Source: Sphagnum compactum
Lineage: Eukaryota
Assembly (NCBI GenBank): GCA_965153455.1
Contig: OZ234493.1
Coordinates: forward strand, 2,790,001 to 2,854,000
DNA length: 64,000 nt
Direction of reading: 5' to 3'
In this document: in pieces, positions 10,911-23,890 of the stretch
Position numbering within the stretch: the first letter of the stretch is position 1
How the letters are laid out: each line of letters begins with the position of its first letter
Translations under genes and position numbers: made by a program
Notes under the pieces: model-generated
Seen by the model: the letters and a program-made list of their open reading frames with translations, nothing else
Told to the model about the DNA's origin: nothing
Databases searched by the model: none

Positions 10911-13900
10911 AATGTTGAATTTTTTTTAGAATTATCATGTTTTTGTGCAATTTTGTTATTTTTGAACATTAAAAATTATTTTTGAAATAATAAAATAATA
11001 ATAACCGGTATGTGAAAATTGGCTTTGAAAACTGACTAATATGACAGGTTGGAAAACCGGCGCTTTGAAACCTGGGTAAAAATGTTTTTTGCAAATTTTT
11101 GAAACCTTGCACAGATCTTTAAAAAATGAAAATAAAATTTTAAAAAAAAATTGAGCTAGGTCTTTCAAAACAATCTCATTCCCAAACTTGGTGGCTATCA
11201 TAAAAAATAGAGACCCGCCCAACACTAGTAGATAGGTTGGTGAACGACCAGTTAAGAATTGAAACAAAGTCGAATCCTCACACATTGTTTGTTTGATTCT
11301 GAAACTCAACTAACATTTTTAGCCCTTCACTTAGCGCTTCCAAGGCTACAAAAACCTTTCCATTCCATAAAGGAATGGGCAAAATATGGGGTGTTTAGTT
11401 TAAGGGGGTTCACTATTCGATGATGAATGACTTAAAACAAATTAAGATTTCGAGCTTAAGAACTTTGATTGTTGTTTTGCTTTTGGAACATAAAGACGTG
11501 TTGTAAAGCCCTAATTGATGCACCCATCAAGTTTTAAATCACTCAATGGATTAAAAATGAAGAAAATATGGGATTGGAACTATAGAAAGGTCTAGAGCTA
11601 ATTTTTCAAAAAAATTGAAACAAACTATGAGTCGTCCTCTTCATAGGTTCTTTGCGTTGCTCCTTTACTTTTAATGCTCAAAGAACATTTGTATCCATCT
11701 ACATTGCACATCTATTGACACAAAAATTGCTCAATTTGGCTACATAATTTTGAAAATACTGGAAAGTGTTTATGATATGTATGTGTTTGGTGATGGGCAG
11801 CTCTACCTTAATTAAACTTGGATGTGTTGTGCAGGGTCACATGCTCTAACAACATCTCCTTCACCCACAACCAATGCATGGGCTTATTATGGTTGTTTAC
11901 CACATCCAAAATAGTGTCCAGATTATTTTCTAATTCTCCCACATAAACATAAAGTGTTAAATAGTGTAAAATGTGCAAGAAAAATTAAATGTCACCCCAT
12001 GGTTTAGTTATTGTAACAAGTTAATCAAAGGCCATTATATATTTTTTGTTAGAGCATTGTGTCATGTGGATGTTTACAAGACCAAAGTTAATTTCACACC
12101 ATTTGAGTATTCTACTTCATTCAAATTAGTGTATATAAATCATTATAGTGTTTTGGGTGAACATGACCTTACTCTTGAATTGGTGCATGGTAAAAAATAA
12201 ATAGGTGCAACAAGTTAAATGTAACTTAGGCTCCAATGTAAATAGCACACACATTGTCAAAGGATGAAAGCCTTTTTTCAAGAAAAAATTGAGTGTATTT
12301 GATTTTGAGATCAAACTTTATTTATGCATAAAATTGAATGCGTTTCAATTAAAGACATGTGGTTTAATATTTTTGCATTAACATTTGAAATGGAAGTAAA
12401 TAAGATTTGAATTGGATGGATAACAATTTACCTTTAATCAATTTCCTCATTTATTTTGTGTAAAATATTTAAGATTTTTTGAAAGGGGCATGGATCCCAG
12501 GAAATTGGACATGATTAACAACATTTGGGGAACATGAGGAATCTAAGTGATGCAAAGTTTCAAACTAATGAAAGGAAAGACAAACTCCTAAACAAAAGTG
12601 CAAAGTGTGGGATCCAAATGGGAAGGACACAATAACATTTTTTTTGGTTTTGTGGTTCAAAAGGATTTTCGAACTTCTAAAGCATCTTTTGAAAAGGCTT
12701 GTGACTTTTTCATTTTGCATTTTTATTGAATAATCTTCATCTACAAGATTTTGTGAATTTTAAGAGGCACATCAATAGGAGAATCTAAACTACAATTGAA
12801 AACATGATTGCAATGGCAAATCAAACAAGGGCACAATAGACTAAACTATTAATACAAACTTCCCAAACTTAATATTTCAAAATATGAAAAGATGTGAGTT
12901 TAATGAACATCTAAATGAATTATCACAAATGTAAAATAATGGTTAAATGAAATGTGATGGTGCAAACACTTCAAAGCTTTGTAAGGTGAAAGCACATTAC
13001 GGTGACCCCCTTTGGGGCACTTTTGGGTTTAGTATTATAATACATATAGTATAATTGTTCCAAAAGTATGGTACATTTAATTTTGGGTATCAATTTTGGT
13101 TTTTGGGCCTTACAATTATTATTTTTACAAAAATAATGTTATGTAATATTATTTTAAAAATAATGACAAATTTCATTATCTATATTGAAGGATCCATGAA
13201 TATATTTGTAGTATACATTAGTATAATAAGGCCATTGTTTCATGTTGATTACACTAATTTTAAAGATTCATTAATCATTTAAATAGTCAATTTTTTAAAA
13301 AATTAAAAATTGTCCCATTTAGCTATGTTTGTCATCTTCCATGAATGCGATTACTTGTCAAATTTTCAATTTACCACACATTTATAGCATCTTTGTTGAA
13401 AAAACTCATTTTTTGAGATGAAAACTCTCAAATTAATCACATGGTATCCGAACATGGTTCAATATATCTTCAATTTTCATAAAGATTTAAAATCATTTAA
13501 AATTTTTTGGAGTATATTTTTGTTTTTTAGTACATAAGTACACTACATTGGTTTCAAAAAAATACTCCAATATCCCACTTTATAAAATGAAATGCAATAA
13601 TTTCTTTTATAATATCTTGCCTAGGTTATATTTTAACAAAATATGCAAAAGTATTGTGAAATTATTTCACAAATTTGAGGTGGGATACATTCAAACATGC
13701 ACACCCTGGAAAGTAGTACAATGTGACACCCCAAAAGGGGTCATCATAGTGTGCTTCCACCTTGTATTGTTTAATTAATTAAAGTTTTCACTAATGAATT
13801 ATTAAACAAAGGTAGAAAAACATGAATTAAGAGTGGGAAAAAATCTTGAATTATGATAATTATTATTAAAATAAAATGTTTCATGTTTCAACATAAGACA

Positions 13901-16019
13901 AAACATTAAAAAACAAAGGTTGTTGTTAAAAAAAAATTTAAAAGTAACAAATTAATGATCATGAAGTTATAATCACCATTATGCCGTAATGGTTGAAATA
14001 GAAATGAGATCTTGGAGCCACTTGAAACTAATTGAATAAAGCCTAATAATGAACTAGTAAACCCCTTTGTCACCTATTTGAGGGTCTTCAATTGAAAGGA
14101 TGGCCAAAAGTTTTTAATAAAAAAATTAAATGAAAGGAAATGTAAAAGTTCAAGAAAGTAACAAAATAATTAAGTAGGATAGGCAATATAAAAATTAATG
14201 AATTGTGACCCAAAAGGACATTAAACATCTTATATAAGCTAAAAGAAAAAATGCATTTTTTAGCATGTTTTAGCCTTTAACAATAAAATTTTGATAAAAT
14301 ATGAATTGAAAATGCAACAAATACCATTGGAACAACTTGGATCCTCTAATAATATCTCAATGTTACCATAAATACCAAGGTGAACAAAATTATTAAAGTT
14401 GAAAACTTGATTAGGGACCATACCAGGTTTTTTCAAGGTTTTTAATTAGTTGAAAATAACAATTTTGTGCGCTACATAACCATGGAAGACAAATTATGAT
14501 GTGAATTTGATTAGGGTAAACTTACAATATAATTTTTTTTTAAAAGTTTCAATTGCTCCTTCCAAGGCCCTAAAATGAATTAATTAAAATAAGGGATTTT
14601 GCCTAAAAGGTAACCTTGATGAGTTCCATGAACAATGGAATGATAATGATGTCAACATGATATGATTACTTAGAATATAACATAAAAGATATTTTCAAAT
14701 ATAAAAAAGAAAGTAAAAGGATGATTTTAACAATGCCATCTTTAGTAACCCACAATTTTTGAAACAAAACAATTTTGAACACTAGGTTGAAGGGGTTCAA
14801 CACATCCACTGGAAGAAACATTAACATCTCTTTCAATGAAATTTTCTAAAACTTATTTAAGTTTCCAACATCATTTTGGTTTAAATGAGTAATTTAATCA
14901 TCTAGTTGTTTATCATCTTTTTGTAAATTTTTGTTAAAAAAATATAATATAGTTCATGACATCAAAAGTATGATATGATCAAATTCTGAAATTGTACTTA
15001 ATATTTAAAGAATTTATTAACTCTCAAATGTGGCAATATTGGAACCATGAAGACAAAACACGGATAAGTTGAGCATATGTTAGTAGGCTCAGGGTAGCGA
15101 GGTTTAAGGTTTAGAAGGATTAAAAGAAGAGTAACACATTTATAAGCATTGAAAAATATTGGAGAAGGAAGGAAGCAAGGGCATTTAGGGGGTAAGAGGA
15201 AAAGTTAAAAAGCGGGGAAGAGAAGAGAAAAGATAGGAAAATATATATAAGAAAGAAAGAAATAGGTAGTAGGGTTTAGGGTAATGGAAGAAGCGAGGGG
15301 GGTGTTGAACGGGAGGAACAGAGACGTCGCGATGGAGAGCAAGTCGTGGGAACAAACAAGAGGGGAAGGTGCAGGCCCAAAAGTCAAGGAAGGGAACAAA
15401 TTCGAGGGAAGAGGGGGCACATATAGGGAAGAGGAAGTGGGAAATAAAAAGATTTTTTTTTTTGAAAAAACGTAAAAACAAAAGGAGAAACAAAGAATTC
15501 GGGCGGGGAGTTAAAAAATGCGGGGGAAAGGGAGGCGCAAAAGGAAGGGAACGAAGGGCAGAAAACCGGGTGGAGAAGTTGGCGCAGAAAGGGGGGGAAA
15601 AGAAAATAGAAGAGGGGATGCAAATGTGGGAGAAAATAGAATGTAAAGGCGAGAGGAAAAAAACGGGAAGAAAGGGGGCAAGAAAGGTAATAAAAAGGCA
15701 GGATAAAAGTAGGGCAAAAGGGGAGGAAAAAGGGGGCATAAAGGGGGGGGAGAGGGATCAGCCAGGCACGGGATTGGTGAAGAAAAAGGGGGCAGAAAAG
15801 GAGATGCAAAACCTGATAGGGAACGCTTAAAAAAAGGGTGAAAACAAAGATGCAAAACTAGGTGAGGAAACGGGTAAAAAACAAGGTAGAGAAAGAAAAA
15901 CGAAAGCCCGCAACGAAAAAAAATTAAAAATAATAATGTAAAAAGAGGTCGTAAAACCAAACAACAAAACCCAAGGTTTAGGGTTTAGGGGTGTTCCCAC
16001 CAAATTTGGATTTTTTTTT

Positions 16020-16530
16020 GTGTTTTGAGGTGACCTAGCCCCCCATTTTCGAGGGTTTTAATTATCGTGGTATGTTTATTTTTACCTAATACTGCACCAT
16101 TTGTAAGATATAAGGGTATGAAATTTCAGGGGGGGCGGATAGATGAAGGCGTTTAAAGTTAATTATTATAGAATTTGAAAGTTTTGAGGTGATGTACCCC
16201 CTTATTTTCAAGTGTTTTGATGCTAATGGTGTGTTTATTTTTATCTAAATGTGTAGAATTTGGAAGATATAGAACGTTTAGGGTTTAGGGTTACATGGGC
16301 GTTTCGATTTAATTGCATTTTTTATTTTGGGATTTTGAAGTGACCTACCCCCCATTTCAAATGTTCTAATTTTGATGGTGTGATAACATTTCCTTAATCG
16401 TTCACCATTTGGAAGATATGGAGGGTTTGACTTTGAACTGGTTGGTTGACTTTTTTTTATTTTGATAGAATTTGACAGTTTGGAGATGATCTACCCCTAT
16501 ATTCTCAAAGGTGGTATGATAATGGTGTTT
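16020..16530. repeat. Four degenerate ~150-bp tandem units
   Basis: A TTTTGAGGTGACCTACCCCC-like block recurs near 16023, 16182, 16333 and 16479, each followed by a GGTGTG/TTTATTTT block; CCATTTG(G/T)AAGATAT follows in the first three. Confidence 0.75.
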
Positions 16531-16671
16531 TTATTTGTATTTAAAGTTTTGCCCAAATTATTGATTGGCACCTTAGTTTTACCAAATTTATGGACTTATG
16601 CGAAATTTTGCCCAAATTTTAGAGGTCCACTTTAATGTTGCCAAATTTATGGAATCATGTCAAGTTTTGTC

Positions 16672-17430
16672 CATTACAACAAACCAATGAATCTAATAAC
16701 ATAGCATTGAAATGAGAAACAAAATAAGAATTACACATACATGGCATTTACAAACATTTACAATTATTTAAAAAGACTAAGTGAAAGGCATTTACATGAT
16801 AAATTGAGGAATTTGACAATTCTTGAAAAGAATAGAAAAAAGGGGAAAAAGATAGAAGAAAGTAACAAAGAGGATTGCTCTTATATTCTTTTGTAAAGAG
16901 AGTATCCTATACATATGATATTGCCACTGCACTCATAAGGATAGGGGCTGGGGGCTGTTTGACCACAAAAAACCCATTGTAGTGGGGGGCTGTTTTTGTT
17001 GACTTCTTTTCACTTTTTATTACTTTTTTTAAGTAGTTGTAACTTTTGTAATTTATTTTTTACTGTTGAAGGGGGCATGGTGAGTTGTTTTAATTTATTT
17101 TTTGATTATCCAGGGGGGAGGGGGTGTGGCTTGATTTTATTTTTTTAATTTCTTTTACTATTGAGGGGGCAGGGGGGTGGAGGTTAATGTTTTTTCTCTC
17201 CTTCATATGATTTGTGGAAAGGGGAAAGGGGGGGGGGGTTAGTTTTTTTTTCTTAAAAACCTTTTTTTCATTGTTGAAAGGGGGGGGGAGTTAGGGTTCT
17301 TTTTCTTTTTCTTTTGATTTGTTGAAGGGGGAGGGGAGGGGGAGGGGGTCGATTTTTAAAAAAATTCATTATGGGGGGTGGGGTTGGTTTTACTGATTCA
17401 ATCTTAGCTAAATTAAATTAAATTAAAGGG
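16672..17430. repeat. Tail-to-head junction copy of the two ends of the 20204-24154 element
   Basis: 16672-16908 aligns with 23917-24154, and 16906-17430 aligns with 20204-20750. The two blocks are joined through a single shared CCT at 16906-16908. Confidence 0.85.
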
Positions 17431-20400
17431 GGGGGGGGGGTTAGGGTTATGAGATATTTTTAAATTTATTGTTCAAGGTGGGTTTAGGGTTAGGTTGCAA
17501 TTTTTTTATTTTTTTTCCTCTCTCCATCCTCTTGGCCCCTTAAGCAAGATTTAATTTCGGTTTTGAAATTTCTAATGTTTGGGTTATTTGACTAAAAGGG
17601 AGTGAAGGTATGTGAGGATTTTTGTTTTGAATTTTGAAGGGAGGTGCACAAGAGGTGAAGGTTATTTTGGGAAAATGTAAAGGTGGAGGTGTTGAAATAT
17701 TATATTTGTTTTCCATAGACTGTGAAAGGTCAATGATATATATATTTTTTCCTTCAAGGGGACTTTTAACTTGCAAATGTTTTTTGTTTTGTTTTGGAAA
17801 TCTTCCAAAGGAAAGTGTTTTTCTTTTGGTATCAGGGGATCATAGGCTACCCCACGTTGGATTTTTCCTTTCTTCTTGTTTTTCTTGTTTGTCTTTCATT
17901 TTTTTCTTGATTTTTTTAAGGCATTTTTTCCCCTTATTTCCGTCCTCCCCTCTTTTTCCCTAATCCTCATTTTTTTTCCTTTTCTTCTTCTTTTTTATAT
18001 TCTTTTTTTCCTCTACTTACTTAGTGTTTCTTATTTTTTTTTTGCTGCATTTCATAATTGTACCTCTTTTTTTCTTTGTTTCTTTTTCATTTTACGTGTT
18101 TTATTTTTGTTATTTTCTATCATTTATCTCTTTTTTCCAAATTTTCTCAATTTGTGCTAATGTATTTTTATTTTTGATTTTTTATCTTTTTTTTGTTTTT
18201 GTAAGACACATTAAATGAATAATAGTGAACAAATACATGCAAGCTTGGAGAGAAAAGTTTATTTTATAAAGTTTTCAAAACCATCCTTACACTTTTAATT
18301 GGGTAAGTTGGAGATTTTCCTTTTTCATCAGTGCTTACTGTAAGACTTGGCTGGCAAAGAAGATACACCTCCAATTTTTGTGTAATTTAAGACTCCTGGA
18401 TGTTCTAGGTTTTTTTTTTAGCCTTCTTGAGGTATCTACTTTGATGGCGTGTGAGTGTGCATGTTGTATTATTGTTTAGTGAATGAAACAAACTTATGGA
18501 ACTTCTTCATACTTTTAATGTTATTTATAAGCATTTCACTTTTTTTTAAAAATTGAATTACATGTAAGCATTACAGATGGTTCTAAGGCTCACCAAGACC
18601 CACGAAAATGGCCATGCCTTGTCCTCGAAATCTTTAATTAAGATGCCTAAATAGCCTAGGGTCCTAAAATAAAAAGTTTGAAGGTTTAGGGTCTAGGGAG
18701 TTTAGGGTTAGTTTGTTAGCTTCCTGGATTTGTCTCAGTTTCCAATTTAGGGTTTACGATGATCCTGTGATTTTTTTTCTTCTTCTGCAGATGTCTTATG
18801 TTTCAGGTCCTTTCGTGATCTTGAAAAAAAGTTGTCCTCAAGTGTCTCAAAACTCTAATGTTCAGGATTTTGTTGTGTTTTTATTTCTAGCTTTCTAAGT
18901 TGTTGCTTTTGGATCAGCTTTCGGGGATGTTGTAAAGCAGGGGAGGAAACTTGCACACAGAGGGTGAGAGAGTTTGTGTGTTTTAGAAGCTCCCTTGTTC
19001 ATCAGAGAGGTTTGTTTGAAGGTATTTTCTAAAGGCTACTTTCTTGACATCTGTTGCTCCTGCTGATCCTTGCTTGATCATTGACTGTCTTTGTCTATAG
19101 TTTAGAGGGAAGAACAAAAGTTCAAGAAGCTCTCGAGTACAACCAAAGTTTGCCTTCCATTTGGCCTTGTTTGACGATTTCGCACTTGAATTTCAATGCT
19201 TGAGAACTGCAGAAAGAATACTGAAACAACAAATTGGAACCTTTCCACAATTGTTTTTAGTACTCATTTTTTTGTTGTTAACTAGCTAGCAGCCGCTTCT
19301 ATTTCCTGTTGCACTTTTTGCAGAGCTTAGAAGTGCCGCTGGTGCATTGTGAGCTCCTACAACATTTGGTTTTCTACCCTCCCTCTCCATCAGTTTCTCC
19401 TTTGTTGAGCTTTGTCTATCTCACACACAGTTTGTCAAACCTTGCCATTCTTTAGGAAATCTTTGATTTCTTGCTATTATTCTTCTCAACTTCTAGTGTA
19501 GGATTGTGTTTTTGACTCTCACTTTATGTACTTGCCACGCCTGCCCTATGGCTTAGAGAGCACCATATCTTAACAATTACACACCAATGGTATTTTTCTG
19601 TTGTTTGTTGCTTGTTGTTCATGGTTGCACTCTAGATACCCATGCCCCAAACTGTGAAATATAGGTCCATAAAGCGAGCTTCTGATAGAGCTATCCAAAC
19701 ACTTGTTGTATTCCTGTGCTCTGGATCACTTTGCCAAAACATAGCTCCACTTTGCCACAGCTCAGCTTCGGTGCTAATGAGATGCAACACTTTGTATCCA
19801 AGAATTAAAGGAATTAAGGATTTTCTCTATTATAAGGCAATACCCAAGTCCATGGCAACAAGTTGTGATCCTTCAGGCCATCTCCAAACCTTGGGGGTTG
19901 TGGTTGCCGATGCTGCTCTCCCCCCATTAATGTGTGCGCCCTGGTTGGCGGGGACTTAAAGTTGGTATAGAGTGTGGGAGTTGGGGATCTAGGTGGCTAG
20001 CTAACCATGGCATGTGTTTAGCATCCACTTTCTTGCTAGTTATTGCCAGGCCATGAGCAAGAACGGCAGCAACAACAATGTGGTGGTGTAACCAACTGTT
20101 CACACAATAGGCCTCATGGTAGTGCCACCATCGGCATGCACAACATGGTGCAGGCACACAATTATCGTAAAGATGTAGACTCTATGGACGAATTTCCAGC
20201 TGGCCTATACATATGATCTTGCCACTGCACTCATAAGGATGGAGGTTGGAGGCTATTTGACAACAAAAACCCCATTGTAGTGGGAGGCTGTTTGAACGTA
20301 GTGGGAGGCTTTTTTTGTTCACTTTCTTTTCACTTTTTGTTATTTGTTTTACTAGTTATACTTTTGTAAACTACTTTTTATTGTTGAATGGGGCATGGTG

Positions 20401-20891
20401 AGTTGTTTAAATTTTTTTTTTATTGTTCAGGGGGGAGGGGGTGTGGTTAATTTATTTTTAAAATGTTTTTTTAATGTTGAGGGGGCAAGCGGGGGGGGGG
20501 GGGGGTGGAGGTTAATTTTTTTTCTTTTTCATTTGACTTGTAGAAGGGGGACGGGAAGGGGGTTAGTTTTTTTTCTTAAATTTTTTTTTCATTGTTGAGT
20601 GGCTTGGGGGGGGGGGGTCAAGGTTCTTTTTCTTTTTATTTTCATTTGTTGAAGGTGGAAGAAAGGGGGAGGGGGTTGATTGTTTTTTAAAATTCATCAT
20701 GGGGGTGGGGGTTGGTTGAACTAATTTAATCTTAGCTAAAATAAACTAAATTTAATTGAACAAAACCTATACTTGGCTAAGTTAACTTGGATATGTCACT
20801 TTGTTTTAGATATAAATTTAAGATGGTTGTTTTTAAAATAAAATCAAGGAAATTAAAAGGTTTTTAAAATCTCAATATTATTCTACCAGCA

Positions 20892-21043
20892 CAGTAGAAG
20901 GAAAATGGGTTTTTTCAACTTGTCCAATGTGATTATTTTTGTCCAAGGTTACTAATTTTTGTCGCATGCAATTTAAACACTAGTCACCTTGGACAAAAAT
21001 AGTCACTGAAGTTGGTTACAAAACCCCATTTTTTCTTCTAATT
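20892..21043. mobile_element. Small hairpin MITE with CACTA-like degenerate ends
   Basis: TAGAAGGAAAATGGG pairs with CCCATTTTTTCTTCTA. Inner arm GTGATTATTTTTGTCCAAGGTTACTA pairs with TAGTCACCTTGGACAAAAATAGTCAC. Confidence 0.65.
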
Positions 21044-22140
21044 AGTTATTAGAATAAATAAATAAATAAATATATATATATAATTAAAAATTTGGAAAAT
21101 AGCACATGAGTGGAATAATTAAAACAACAAAACTACGTGTAAAAAAATACTTGCAATTTCCTAGAGGGGATCACAGTCCAAGTTGCCACATTACATGAAA
21201 AAACAAAATTCTAAAGTCGCCTTATTTAGATAATAGGTGCCAACAAGTCATCAAATTATAGGATGGATCCTAAATATTTTTTCTTCCCCCTTTCACCTTT
21301 ATCCACATCTAAACCTTAAACCCTAAGCCTTCTTATGCATGATTGCCAACCCACCTATTCCACAAATTTTGGGGGTGGGGGTGGGGGGAAGGGAAGCTCT
21401 GCTTGTATTTATACGAATATCTCCCATTTATCAAATTTTAAATATTAATTGTTGGATGGAAAAAAAATGCAAATTGGTACATAATCTAGTTGAGTGCAAT
21501 ATGAGTTGTGGAAACATGTATGTTGTGGACCCAACCATAGTTGCCATTCTTTAAAATTTCATTCAAAAATTGAAACTACCATTTATGTTCCAACACAAAC
21601 CATTTAATTCATATTCACTTTCAATAGTAGCTCAATACCCGTAATCAACATTTGAGCCTTTGGATAAGTTAACATTATAGATTCAAGTATGAAGTTTTTC
21701 TAACAATCCTGAAAGGAAAGGTCCATAAAATTTAACATGAACTTTTGTTTCTTCTTGCGAAATATGTATTTATTTTGATTTGAGAAGTAGTCAAATTCAT
21801 AATTTTCAAATTGACTCCATCATTTGAACTTCATGGAAAATAATGTGAAGTAAATTTTGGAATCCTTGACTTGAATATGTGACCATGGTTTTGTTTTTCA
21901 ATTTTGTGATATCAAATTTCGGGAAATTTTCCAAAAATTAGTCAAATTTATTCTAGAAACAAAAAAAAATCACAATTCTTTTCAATTCTTTTGTCAATGT
22001 GTAAACCACAATGGATATTTGGAAAAAGGGATTTGTAAGAGAAGTAATGATCAAACAAAAAGGATTGAATGAAATGAAAAGGGTATGATATGATATGGAA
22101 TACCAAAACGGCCATGCCGTATCCTTAAAATCTTTAAATA

Positions 22141-22830
22141 AAATGTTTAAATAGCCTAGGGTCCTAAAACAAAAAGTCTAGGTAGCTTAAAAATCTTGGG
22201 ATAAAAAGCTTAAGTAACCTAGGGTTAAATGTTTAGATAATTTATAGTAAAAAACCTAGGTAACCTAAGGTAAAAGGCTTAAATAAATCAAAAAAATTAG
22301 GTGGCCTAAAGCAAAAAACCTAGGTAACCTTGTGTAAAAAATATAGGGTATTTATAATAAAAGCCTAGGTACTTCAAGTAAAAGGCTTAGGTAAATCAGA
22401 AAGCTTAAGTAGCTTAAGATAAAAAGCCTAGGTAACCTATGCATCTTTAGAAATAAAGGTCTAGGTAGCTTACAAGGTTTGTGTGTTGTTGGTTATTTAG
22501 TGGAGGATGTAGAGGGTACCTAAAGTATTTTATTTTTAAATGCATAGGTTACCTAGGCTTTTTATCGTATGGTACTTAAGCTTTTTAATTTACTTAAACC
22601 TTTTACCTTAGGGTAGGTAGGGTTTTTAGTGTAAATTACTTATATTTTTTATAGTAGATGACCTAAGTTTTTTACCTTAAGTTATTTATTTTTTTGATTT
22701 ACTTAAGCCTTTTACCTTAGGTTACATAAATTTTTTACTATAGATTATATAAACTTTTTACTTTAAGTTACTTAAGTTTTTTATCCTAAGAATCCTAGTC
22801 TACCTTAGGACCCTAGACTACCTAGGCATT
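22141..22830. repeat. Foldback structure built from ~20-bp subrepeats
   Basis: AAAAGCCTAGGTAACCT-type units run forward at 22160-22470 and reversed (AGGTTACCTAGGCTTTT) at 22545-22830. The outer arms, TAGCCTAGGGTCCTAA and TTAGGACCCTAGACTA, are complementary. Confidence 0.8.
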
Positions 22831-22852
22831 TTGTAGGCGTTTACAAGGTCAC

Positions 22853-23890
22853 ATGTCCATTAAAATTTTAGAAATCCATTTCACTTGAGCATCAATTTGG
22901 TGAGATTAGATTACATGCATGATGTCACAAGATAAGAGTTAGCCAACAAGTTCAGTGATCAATGAGCCGACCAAACTATGAGTAAGCATTAAGTAAAACC
23001 TAGCCTCAAAAAAATTATCTAACTAATCAGCTAAAAAACAATGTTTGTGGGGCCTTGTCTAATAACATGAAAAATTATACATGTAAGGGAGTTCATATTG
23101 AAATGAATTTATAAAATTATTCTTTACAAAAAAATTTACAATGGGTAGCAACAATACAAATTCATTTCCTATATATATGTTTTTGAGTAAACAATATAAT
23201 AGGTGTTTACAAGGTCCGATGTCCACTAAAATTTTAGAAATCCATTTCATTTGAGGATCAATTTAATGAAATTAGATTACATGCATGATGTCACAAAATA
23301 AGGGCCGGCTAACAAGTTCAGTGACCAATGAGCCGACCAAACTATCAGTAGGCATTAGGTAAAACTTAACACTTAGAAACATTGTCTAACTAATAAGGTA
23401 AAAGACAATGTTCGTGGGGCCTCATCTAATAACATCAGAAATTATACATGTAAGTGAGCTCATATTGAAATGAATTAAAAAAATGGGCAGCAACGATACA
23501 AACACAAGAATTGCAGACCTTACAAACATGTAGAACACTCTAGAACACAAATGAACTTACAAATTCATTTTCTTTATGTATGTTTTTGAATAGACAATTT
23601 AATAGGTCTTTATAAGGTTTAATGTCCATTAAATTTTTAGAAATCCATTTCATTTGAACATCAAATTAGTGAGATTAGATTACATGCATGATGTCACAAG
23701 ATAAGAGCTAGCTAACAAGTTCAGTGACTAATGAACCAACCAAACTATCAACAAACATTAGGCAAAACCTAGCCCCCATAAACATTGTCTAACTAATCAA
23801 CTTAAAAACAATGTTCGTGGGGCCTCATCTAATAACATCAGAAATTATGCATGCAAGTTTCTCATATTGAAACGAATTTTTAAAATTATT
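22853..23890. repeat. Three tandem copies of a ~370-400-bp unit
   Basis: ATGTCCA.TAAA.TTTTAGAAATCCATTTCA...ATTAGATTACATGCATGATGTCACAA starts near 22854, 23220 and 23622. Confidence 0.9.

Larger units (their letters stand above)
7182..11227 (+). mobile_element. Full-length but decayed hAT DNA transposon (4046 bp)
   Basis: TIRs CAATGTTGAGCGGGT (7182) and ACCCGCCCAACACTA (ends 11227). Perfect 8-bp TSD GTAGATAG at 7174-7181 and 11228-11235. Contains internal transposase remnants. Confidence 0.92.

Noticed and set aside
15185..15960. Lys/Gly-rich and Phe/Pro-rich ORFs on both strands
   Set aside because: Produced by purine/pyrimidine strand bias; no domain content.
15180..18240. Purine block and pyrimidine block as a large inverted repeat
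   Set aside because: Complementary only in composition; I could not align specific sequence between them.
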